A stretch of DNA of 64,000 nt from NCBI GenBank assembly GCA_029237775.1, contig JAQZBR010000006.1:194159-258158 (forward strand), read 5' to 3'. Shown here piece after piece: positions 56,801 to 64,000 of this stretch. A program made the position numbers and the translations under genes. The notes beneath the pieces are model-generated. The model saw only the letters and a program-made list of their open reading frames with translations, had not been told where the DNA came from and did not search any database. Position 1 is the first letter of the stretch. Every line of letters starts with the position of its first letter. Source of the stretch: Bacteroidota bacterium (lineage in GTDB: Bacteria; Bacteroidota; Bacteroidia; 2-12-FULL-35-15).

Positions 56801-58423
56801 AACGAAACCAAGATCTCCACCAAAGTTCAGGGAACCTGTAAAAGTACCGGCCACATAAGTATTTCCGGCAGCATCTCTCGTCAGGCAAGTTGCTTTGTCG
56901 GTCCCGTTGGCCCCACCCCCAGCCACTGCATCCAGCGCCTGAGCTGAAACATACGCTCCCAGAGAATTGTATTTGCCGATAAAGCCGTTCCATTGAGATG
57001 GATCGGAGAGGTTTGAGGTAGTTGCATCGGGATCAAAATCAACAGTGCCGCTGAAATATCCTGTGATATAAATATTGTTGCTTGCATCAAGTGTAATGGC
57101 GGCCCCCTGTTCATATGAGTTTGAGGTTGGCGCCATGTGTTTGGCAAAAAGATAATTCCCGGAATTATCATATTTTGCAAAGAAGATATCGGCAATGCTC
57201 GAAACCAAATTAACAGTCCCGGCTCCCGGGTCGAAATCTGCCGTGCCCGTGAAAGCGCCAACTATATAAATATTGTTGCTCCCGTCAAGAAGGATCTGAT
57301 TTCCCATCTCCCATCCAGTGCCGGACGTTGTTGAAATTTGTTTGGCGAAAACATAAGCCCCCGATGAGTTATATTTAGCGAAGAAGATAGTTTGTGAAGA
57401 TGACACAAGGTTGCTGGTACCGGCACCCGGATCAAAGTCAACCGTTCCTCTGAAATAACCGGTGATATATGCGTTTCCGCTGGCATCTACGGTAATGGAA
57501 TTTGCACGCACATCGTTGAGAGCGTCTGATAATAACTTCGCATATACATAAGCACCCGTTGATGAATATTTCGCGAAGAACAAATCATCCTCTGTAGATC
57601 CCGCAGTTAATGTCGCTGTTCCGGCTGACGGATCAAAATCACCCGAGCCTCTCATGTATCCGGCAATATAAATATTACTGCTGGCGTCTACAGCTATTGA
57701 TTTTAGTCCTCTAATTCCCGCATTGCAAATTTCCTTGGCAAGGATATATCCCCAGGCAGAAGTATATTTAGCAAAGAATAAGCTTGTCCCGGAACCAGAA
57801 GCGGTACTTAAAGGCATTGATGCTGCGCCCGGATCAAAATCGGGAGTACCGCTGAAATATCCTCCGATATATAAATTTCCGGATGCGTCCATATTAAGAG
57901 CAGTTGCAGCTGCACCACCGCCACCGGTGGTTATATTTACAGCATCCACATAATTACCGTTCGCATCATATTTGGCCAGAAAAGCCGCACTCCCGGATCC
58001 AGCGTTTAAGGTAGCTGTAGCGGTCGAAGGATCAAAATCAAGCAGTCCCTGGTATCCACCTGCTACAATTACGTTACCGGCCGCATCTACGATTATATTT
58101 GTGATGATATCTACCGTATTCGATGAAGAGGCGATGGGTATCATGAACAGGAAATTTCCGGCTGCGTCATATTTTGCAATAAATCCATCTATAGTACCAA
58201 AAACGGAAGCTCTTTGCTGTGTGGCCGTTCCCGGATCAAAATCAACGGAACCTTTAAAAGTACCTCCAATCCAGGTGTTATTGCTTGCGTCATGTTGTAT
58301 AGAGGTTGGATACATTTCACCTCCGACATATTGTGTTGCATTCAAAGACCATTGGTGCAAAAGCTGTGAAAAGGAGTAGGAGCTGATAATACAAAAAAGG
58401 AGTAGTAGACTGGAGCGCTTCAT
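53816..58423 (-). CDS. Giant T9SS type-A cargo: ~20 SBBP beta-propeller repeats, SprB-type Cys-containing repeats, Ig/Fn3-like region, Por-secretion CTD
   Basis: Signal peptide. Reiterated ..GxFxGTxDFDPGAGTxNLxSxxxxDxFxAKYxxxGxYxFAK.. (SBBP). Five repeats of ..VSCYGDTDGSAYVTPNGNQPPYTYLWSP.. (SprB-repeat pattern). C-terminal ISVSPNPADDLLNVLLPD...GLYSLCIETTKSKVYKKVVIQ is a type A CTD. Confidence 0.8.
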   Translation of the reverse strand: MKRSSLLLLFCIISSYSFSQLLHQWSLNATQYVGGEMYPTSIQHDASNNTWIGGTFKGSVDFDPGTATQQRASVFGTIDGFIAKYDAAGNFLFMIPIASSSNTVDIITNIIVDAAGNVIVAGGYQGLLDFDPSTATATLNAGSGSAAFLAKYDANGNYVDAVNITTGGGGAAATALNMDASGNLYIGGYFSGTPDFDPGAASMPLSTASGSGTSLFFAKYTSAWGYILAKEICNAGIRGLKSIAVDASSNIYIAGYMRGSGDFDPSAGTATLTAGSTEDDLFFAKYSSTGAYVYAKLLSDALNDVRANSITVDASGNAYITGYFRGTVDFDPGAGTSNLVSSSQTIFFAKYNSSGAYVFAKQISTTSGTGWEMGNQILLDGSNNIYIVGAFTGTADFDPGAGTVNLVSSIADIFFAKYDNSGNYLFAKHMAPTSNSYEQGAAITLDASNNIYITGYFSGTVDFDPDATTSNLSDPSQWNGFIGKYNSLGAYVSAQALDAVAGGGANGTDKATCLTRDAAGNTYVAGTFTGSLNFGGDLGFVTQSGIGTSGFFAKYNSAGICQFAKVIGTSVVPTAIARDAANNIYVTGTFTGTPDFDPATAVVNITAASIDAFIGKYDVNGNYVFVKQITGAGTETSNTISIDVSGNIYAGGNFSGTSDFDPSPGTAYLVSNAGTNDAYFAKYSNVGNLTYVKQLGGSGDDYCSSLTLDASNNLILTGSFSASADFDPNSGTSNLTSAGGSDVYFGKYSNSGTLIFVKQISGSANELGKQLKVDNSGNIYITGSFSGTADFNPSSSTANLTSVSGSSAFFAKYTSTGNYSYANPIAGTISNSLSVDGSGNVNLTGTFSGTVDFDPSGSSNFYLVSNNATSDVFIARYNSTGDIIFAKSIGSAGTDEGNAIYTDNSGVVTYVGSFEGTTDFDPDNFTQTNLTAGTNSDLFVSQFQQSFFTITTTLVNGSVSCYGDTDGSAYVTPNGNQPPYTYLWSPSGITDSLATNLEGGTHTVTVTDNFGLTVSQTITIAQPSAPLAATLLSQSNVTCFGGSNGFASIGVTGGTPPYTYSWSPSGGSSNSSSTLTANSYTVTVTDSKGCQSTVPFVISQPSQLNISVSSQLNVSCFGGNNGSASVTATGGSGGNSFSWAPIGTTGTLASNLSAATYTVTVNDLNGCLAQTLVTITQPPVLSGVVSSVVNVTCASSSDGSASVSASGGTAPYTYNWSPTGGTNSSANNLAVGSYTVTVTDNKGCTKTIPVSILNLIPLQEICVVTADSATGNYNIVVWEKPADVSNIDSFVIYREITLGNYQQIGAVHRDSLSLYNDFSANPNSTNYKYKVKVLDTCGSIGNFGLYHNSIHLQYLSFGNFQWTFYEIENTANQVASYNFYRDDNATGNFVLLQIIPGSNNSFTDVNYASYPNARYRVDVNWLSGNICNPTRATVNTTRSNIKNSGFATDYDELNVLSDLISVSPNPADDLLNVLLPDLKSKYTITIYNSLGQKVSERLEIEPGNNVLDLTSLSKGLYSLCIETTKSKVYKKVVIQ

Positions 58424-58730
58424 TTTTTAAATTTTTAAGTCTGCAAAGATAAAAAAATATAAAATATAAAAAACTCCCAAGATTGCTGATATCACTGATG
58501 AAAGTTCAATAAAAGCGGTAGGATTTCAGAGGGATACCTTTAAGGCTGACGAGATCAGGGCGATCACTTCAACCTTTCAGTATTTTGTAAAAAATTAAAG
58601 AATGGGAACTAAAACTTCTGCTTTTTCTTTTGGTCTTAAAACAAAGAGAAACAAACTGAAATTTTTGTTCAGGGTTCACTGAAAAACAGGATTTACATTT
58701 TTTTTTATTCTGGCCAAAAAAGTAATTAAA

Positions 58731-59804
58731 TCATTTACTCCCAATAACAATCTCAACCCTCCTGTTCTCCTGTTTTCCTTTTTCACTATCATTTGAAGCA
58801 ACTGGCATCGTGCTGCCGTAGCCCTCATACTTGATACGAGATGCATCAATGCCTTTTAAAATTAGATAGTCAGCAACTGCTTCAGCACGCGTTTCTGAAA
58901 GTTCTTTATTTTGGTTTTCATTACCAATGTTGTCTGTATGTCCGTTGATGGTAATAGAATGAGTATTTCCCTTAAGATACTGCACAAGTTTATCCAGCTC
59001 AGAAAATGATGCAGGCAGTAATTCACTTTTGTTAGTGTCAAAGAAAATATTTTTCAATGTGAATCTTTCACCTGGCTTTGGTGCAAATGAGGAGGAGAGT
59101 GAGTCTTGTGGTTTTACAGTTTCAGCCGGTTCTGTTTTGTCTAAGGGTTGCGTCTTTTCTTCAATAAGAGTGACAGAAACGTCATCAATATAATAATGAG
59201 CAAAAATCCTCTGTCCATCCGGATGATCGTAATTGAAATATCCAATAACAACCACCTGCTCATCACCTTTTGCTCTGTAAACGCCAGACATCTTAGTCCA
59301 CTTCTTTTTGTTGCTGTATTTTTTTGTGCTGACAAAGTCAAGTGCCGGCTTAATGGGCATTCCCTGATTACTTGAACCGAGGATCAGCCTTCTTGTAAAG
59401 ATCACACCAAATTCATTAACGCTGCCGATAGATCTCTCAGCGCGACTGATATAATATTCCACCAGGTAATCTTCGTCTTTTACCAACGGCTCACTCAGCT
59501 TTGTTTCAAGGTATTCAATAAAATGTCTCCTGATACAGATACCGCCATACGCCTTACCACCGTGAGGTTTCTGCCTTCCGAAAATATTATGGGGAACACC
59601 GGCATGCCTTCCCGCGTCCTGATGATAATAATCACCGGCACCATTTGTCGAAGACCAGTTTTTTGTGCAGTAAATACTGTTATCGGCTTTCTGAGGGATT
59701 CTGCGCGGAGATTCAAATCCCGGATCTATGACAAGGTTCTGAGCTTGCCCCGCACAGTACATTGAATGGAAACTGAGTAAACATAAAAAGAGGATCTTGT
59801 TCAT
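58731..59804 (-). CDS. OmpA-family protein (N-terminal ~200-aa unknown beta-rich domain + OmpA_C peptidoglycan-binding domain)
   Basis: Signal peptide. C-terminal ..FTLKNIFFDTNKSELLPASFSELDKLVQYLK...INGHTDNIGNENQNKELSETRAEAVADYL...NRRVEI. Confidence 0.75.
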   Translation of the reverse strand: MNKILFLCLLSFHSMYCAGQAQNLVIDPGFESPRRIPQKADNSIYCTKNWSSTNGAGDYYHQDAGRHAGVPHNIFGRQKPHGGKAYGGICIRRHFIEYLETKLSEPLVKDEDYLVEYYISRAERSIGSVNEFGVIFTRRLILGSSNQGMPIKPALDFVSTKKYSNKKKWTKMSGVYRAKGDEQVVVIGYFNYDHPDGQRIFAHYYIDDVSVTLIEEKTQPLDKTEPAETVKPQDSLSSSFAPKPGERFTLKNIFFDTNKSELLPASFSELDKLVQYLKGNTHSITINGHTDNIGNENQNKELSETRAEAVADYLILKGIDASRIKYEGYGSTMPVASNDSEKGKQENRRVEIVIGSK

Positions 59805-59914
59805 TGGTGTCAGTTATGTATACTTTATAACGCAAAAGCTTTAATAAGATACACACAAAAAAAGCCCGCTGAAAAGTGATTTTTCAGCGGGCTTCCAAAC
59901 AAACATTTAATTTT

Positions 59915-62900
59915 TTATTCAACTACAATTCTGGAAGTATGCGTTGACGTTTCAGTTTTCACACTGATTATATAAACTCCTGCAGACAAATCACTGATAT
60001 CGATTTTAGCAGTGTTTCCATTTGTTTTTATTTCGATCAGTTTTTGTCCTAAAAGGTTCTGAACGCTTACAAAATTATCTGGCTTGCAATTAACGTTTAT
60101 ACAGTCGTTTGCAGGATTCGGATAAATCCTGATCTGATTGTTTTCTGCCAAGCTGTTGATTCCAACAGATGTAATCATGACACATGAAGATGTATCGACA
60201 CATCCGTTTGTTGTAACTTCTACAGCGTAGCTCCCATTCGCGGAAGCAGTAAAATTCTGGCTGTTCTCACCTGAGATTATCGCGTTTGCATTGTTACAAT
60301 CCAGCCATTGATATGTTGCTCCGGTTTCAGTAGCTGTGATTGTGATCCCGCTTGTGCTTGTTGCTACAGAAGGGAGCTGATTAACAGTGATATTAACTGT
60401 TTCAGTATCCTGGCATCCGTTTCCATCGGTTCCTGTTACGGTGTAGGTATGAGTAGAAGCCGGTGCAAAGCTGATGTTATTAATTACTCCGTCAGTCCAG
60501 CTGTAAGATACAGCTCCTGTCCCGTTTAAGGTAATGTCTGTTCCGGCACACACGGTAGTTGAGCTGGCATTGACCCCTACAACAGGTAAGGCATTTGCTG
60601 TGATAAAAGCGTTGTTGCTGTTAACACTGCAGTTAAACTGATTGGTAACTATTGCATGAATGTTATAGCCGTCCCACTGGTTTGTAAGTAACAACGGGAT
60701 AGTCATTGTATCGTTTGTGTAGCCAAGCTCTCCGAAGCTTCCCATGATCATTGCAGAATCAAAAGGCGCAACAGTGTTTACATAATACCATTGATAAGTA
60801 TTGCTACCTGCACTCGTAACAGTAAATGTTGCGGTTTCATCTCCGCAGGCATTCACATCTCCTGATGAAGCTGTTACGACCGGTTTTGGATTTACTGTAA
60901 GGTCAACCTGAGTGCGCGCTCCAGTGTAGCAGCCATTGCTGTTTACGGCATCCACATAATAAGTGTAGTTTCCCACAGGTGCATTCACCGCGTAAGTTGT
61001 ACCCGTGGCTATTGAACTGCCTCCGGTGAGTGCTGTATACCATTCAATTGTTTCTGGGCCTGAAGCAGTAGCATTCAGTACCGCGCCTGTTCCCTGACAT
61101 ACTGTTACATCGGGTGCGGATGTAATTGTGGGAAGTGCAGGAGTGGTAGCAGGGGCAAGATAATTTAAATACAGCGTTGAGAAATGGTTTCGTGCCAGGT
61201 TAAAGATATCTGGTTCTCCATCAGCATTGAAATCCGCAACTACAATTCCATTATCAGCAAAGCCTAGATTGTATTCACAGGAAGTCTGAAGAATAAGCGC
61301 ACACCCGTTGTTTAAATAGACTTTGCCTGTTCCACCCCAGTTTCCTAAAACTGCATCCAGGAGGCCGTCACCATTCAGGTCAGCCAACGCGAATTGGTTA
61401 GAGCTGGACGACTGTATGATTGGAGTCGATATAGGAGAAAAAACTCCGGAACCGTTATTCTTTGAAATTCTTAACCCAACATTGTTATAAGAATCATACA
61501 CCATTGCATCCATGTCTCCGTCCAGGTCCCAGTCAGCGAATTCTATCTGTGAGCTGTAGGTAACAGGGAATGTTCCCGGTGTGAACGTGCCGTTATTGTT
61601 ATTTAAAGAGAGTGATGGATACCAGCTTGGGCCTCCGGTAACAATATCCTTATCACCGTCATTATCAACATCGGCAACTGCTATTGTGCTTCTTGGTCCG
61701 AAGGTATTGTTCGATAATGCAGCAGTAAATGTGAATGCAGCATTTCCTGCTGTACCGGTGTTCATCCATACTTCATTATTATCACTTGCACCAAAACTGT
61801 TGTTACCAATGATGAGGTCAAGAAATCCGTCACCGTTAAGGTCAGCTAACTTTGTAACGCCTGCAGTTCCGGAACCGTTCATGGTAACATTTATGGGATT
61901 AAAAGTGGCACCCATATTGGAATTGATAAATACTTTTACAGTCGATTGGTCGTATGCCACGGAAAAATCTATATCTCCATCACCATCCACATCGCCTGAC
62001 GAAATCCTTCCGCCAAATCCTGTTGTGATCTGCGTGTAAGTTGTAAAATTACCCTGGCCATTATTCAGATAAAGTCTGATGTTTGCATTGTCATCTACTG
62101 CCATAAGATCGTTCAGTCCGTCTCCGTTGAAATCTGCCGCGATCCCTTGTCTGAGACGGTCCACATCTGACGTTCCTCCAATGGATGATTTCAGCGCAAG
62201 ATAATTGGTTCTTGCATCGGGAGCGAAATTGGAGACACCCCCGCTCAGACTGAAACCTGTCATGACACCGTTATAGCCATGTCCGGTTACATCGTGAATT
62301 GTAGTCGCGGAATTTGTGCCGTTAGCAATACCGTCATTGAAAGTATAATAAGCCAGCAGGCCGGTGCTTTCCTGATCAACAGTGCAACTCATCGCGGACT
62401 GGATCTCGGAGATGCTTCTCGCAACCGTCCAGATTCTTAATTCATCTATCGCTCCCATAAAATTCTCATTCATGGAATTGTAGCCAAGCTTAACATTGTT
62501 TGTACTGTTTGAAAAGCTGGCACCTGTAACACCTGCAGTCGTTGCCATTAACACTCCGTTGATGTAAATTTTCAGTTCCGAACCATTCCAGGTACCCGCA
62601 ACATGCTGCCATGTACCAGCGGCAACAGTTCCCGCCCCTGAAAATGCTGCATACCAGCCGGTACCATCATCAACCCAGAAGGAATATTGATCGCTGTCCC
62701 TCCTTAACAGAAACTGCATCTGCCCGTTATTGAAGTCCGAATTGTAATTCCCGGCAATGATGCCGTTTCCGGATAATGTGCTGGTGTTTGCCCATGCTTC
62801 AACAGTAATAGTATTCAGTGGGTCAAGAACGGTGTTAATACTGTTACCAAGATGAACAACATCGTCAAGGCCGTCAAAATACAAAGATGCATCCTGGCCT

Positions 62901-62992
62901 TTGAGGTTGCTCATGCTGCCTGTCAGTAAGGCAAGTGAAATAATTGAGAGTAGTTTCTTTTTCATAAAGGAAATAGTTTTGTGTATCGGCAA
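59915..62992 (-). CDS. T9SS type-A cargo: LamG/ConA-like lectin domain + FG-GAP/VCBS (integrin-alpha-type) repeats + Ig-like domains + Por-secretion CTD
   Basis: LamG signature ..LYFDGLDDVVHLGN...GAIDELRIWTVARSISEIQ. Repeated ..FNGDGLNDL.., ..GDVDGDGDIDF.., ..ADVDNDGDKDIV.., ..DWDLDGDMDA.., ..ADLNGDGLLDA.. (FG-GAP). C-terminal IRIYPNPANDCINVNC...GVYIISVKTETSTHTSRIVVE is a type A CTD. Confidence 0.75.
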   Translation of the reverse strand: MPIHKTISFMKKKLLSIISLALLTGSMSNLKGQDASLYFDGLDDVVHLGNSINTVLDPLNTITVEAWANTSTLSGNGIIAGNYNSDFNNGQMQFLLRRDSDQYSFWVDDGTGWYAAFSGAGTVAAGTWQHVAGTWNGSELKIYINGVLMATTAGVTGASFSNSTNNVKLGYNSMNENFMGAIDELRIWTVARSISEIQSAMSCTVDQESTGLLAYYTFNDGIANGTNSATTIHDVTGHGYNGVMTGFSLSGGVSNFAPDARTNYLALKSSIGGTSDVDRLRQGIAADFNGDGLNDLMAVDDNANIRLYLNNGQGNFTTYTQITTGFGGRISSGDVDGDGDIDFSVAYDQSTVKVFINSNMGATFNPINVTMNGSGTAGVTKLADLNGDGFLDLIIGNNSFGASDNNEVWMNTGTAGNAAFTFTAALSNNTFGPRSTIAVADVDNDGDKDIVTGGPSWYPSLSLNNNNGTFTPGTFPVTYSSQIEFADWDLDGDMDAMVYDSYNNVGLRISKNNGSGVFSPISTPIIQSSSSNQFALADLNGDGLLDAVLGNWGGTGKVYLNNGCALILQTSCEYNLGFADNGIVVADFNADGEPDIFNLARNHFSTLYLNYLAPATTPALPTITSAPDVTVCQGTGAVLNATASGPETIEWYTALTGGSSIATGTTYAVNAPVGNYTYYVDAVNSNGCYTGARTQVDLTVNPKPVVTASSGDVNACGDETATFTVTSAGSNTYQWYYVNTVAPFDSAMIMGSFGELGYTNDTMTIPLLLTNQWDGYNIHAIVTNQFNCSVNSNNAFITANALPVVGVNASSTTVCAGTDITLNGTGAVSYSWTDGVINNISFAPASTHTYTVTGTDGNGCQDTETVNITVNQLPSVATSTSGITITATETGATYQWLDCNNANAIISGENSQNFTASANGSYAVEVTTNGCVDTSSCVMITSVGINSLAENNQIRIYPNPANDCINVNCKPDNFVSVQNLLGQKLIEIKTNGNTAKIDISDLSAGVYIISVKTETSTHTSRIVVE

Positions 62993-63065
62993 AGTTATTT
63001 AAATTCGAAAATTAGTAATAGCCCGATAGGACGGAATTAGTATGAATCATTTGTTGATTTTCAAT

Positions 63066-64000
63066 TATGAATAAAAACGGTGCAGAAAAACAAAAAGTGC
63101 ATGAATTGAATCCGTTCAGCTACAAAGCGGGATTTTATGAAATGCCTTATCTGGTAAACACTCCGCAGCGGATGGTTGAGGCTTATAAGAAAATGCCGGC
63201 AGTAAAATTTGACGGGATAAAACAAAGTTTAAGCGCTAAAACTCCTGCATTGAATATTACGGTGCGTTATCGCGAAATTGAAGAGGAGCTCTTTTTAATA
63301 TATTCTGAAGTATTATTCAAAGCCAATGTTTGTTTCCGCAATTTTCAGGATAAATCAACCCCTTCAACGTATTACTGTTTGTCCTTACGCATCGATAATT
63401 ATTCTAAGATCAGTAATTCTCTCGCCAACGGAATTGGCTATACCGATAATTCCTGGCTGATCTTTAAGCCGGGAGCGAATGTTGACCATTATCATTTCAA
63501 GGGAACTAAAGGAAATTATTTCTCCCTGTATTTTACAAAGAAATGGATCAGAACATATTGCAAGCAACTCACGACAGAGGATAGGAAGATGCTGAATTTA
63601 TTTCTGAACTCGGATAGTGATCACCTGATCTGTCCCAACGTGAACGGACAGGCAATCTATAATTCGGCAAATCTCGGTAAACTTTTATTGGAAAGGAGCA
63701 ACAAAAGCAAAGCGTCATATTTAAAGAAGCTGAAGAAAGAGATACGAAATTTTTTATCCTTTTTTATTTGTAAAATGCATTCTGAAAAGATTACCGAGAG
63801 GCATTTTCGTGTGAGCAACCTGGAGCGGATCAAATTGTTGAAAGCAGAACAGATCATCAAAGCGAAGGTCTTCAAAAAATTTCCGGGAATTACGTTCATC
63901 TCAAAGGAAGCAGGCTTGTCGGGAACGAAACTCAAAGAGTGTTTCAGAGAGGTTTATGATCAAACACCATTTCAGTATTTCAGGGGACTGCAAATGGATG
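63066..64000 (+). CDS. AraC-family transcriptional regulator (3' partial, runs off the window)
   Basis: Open frame from ATG 63066 to the window end with no stops, absent from the ORF track. The C-terminal region ..ISKEAGLSGTKLKECFREVYDQTPFQYFRGLQM is an AraC-type HTH. Confidence 0.55.

Noticed and set aside
54500-58379. Eight plus-strand ORFs of 60-135 aa inside the minus-strand 1535-aa gene (e.g. 57972..58379)
   Set aside because: They are wholly nested antisense to a well-supported repeat-rich CDS, have low-complexity translations mirroring the sense repeats, and have no independent signals.
1-64000. Mobile elements, prophage, tRNA/rRNA genes
   Set aside because: No transposase, integrase, recombinase or phage structural genes were recognised. 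No tRNA-like T-arm (GGTTCGAATCC-type) or rRNA-like stretches appear in the intergenic regions. The holin-like gene is a single small ORF without lysis or phage context.

Overview
This 64 kb window looks like a Bacteroidetes (Flavobacteriia/Sphingobacteriia-type) chromosomal region dominated by type IX secretion system (T9SS) cargo genes and their accessory genes. At least six large secreted proteins carry T9SS C-terminal sorting domains: two of type B (the 'FSPNGDGxND' gliding-motility-associated CTD) and four of type A (Por-secretion CTD). Both type-B cargo genes are followed directly by a PorP/SprF-family outer-membrane gene and then a PD40 beta-propeller gene, which has an OmpA_C domain in the second cassette but not the first; one OmpA-bearing paralogue has a TPR + propeller + carboxypeptidase-regulatory-like + OmpA_C (PorE-like) layout. 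The most unusual content is three consecutive paralogous genes carrying DUF3494 'ice-binding-like' domains, five domain copies in all. One gene is a lipoprotein, one carries a type-A CTD and one carries Ig-like repeats, DUF11 and a type-B CTD. Seven genes between 18.6 and 37.4 kb share a ~65 bp upstream element (TGTGAAT-n-ATGyAAg ... TGTAAC ... ccTTTG). These genes are an AraC regulator, a PorE-like OmpA protein, two of the DUF3494 genes, a protein with a G/H/N/Q-rich hydrophilin-like tail, a CsbD-like protein and a YtxH protein, which suggests a co-regulated, possibly stress-related, regulon. Other content: two SpoIIE/PP2C phosphatases with different sensor modules, an AraC-hybrid kinase-receiver operon, endonuclease IV, a divergent ceramidase-like/phospholipase-D pair next to a two-component system, a regulator-dense island (three Crp/Fnr, PAS, MarR, methyltransferase), an ArsR-SRPBCC pair flanked by a duplicated gene 3' end, and an unannotated 50-codon lmo0937-family gene. 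No rRNA, tRNA, CRISPR, transposase or integrase was recognised. All domain calls rest on motif recognition by eye from the translations; no searches were run.
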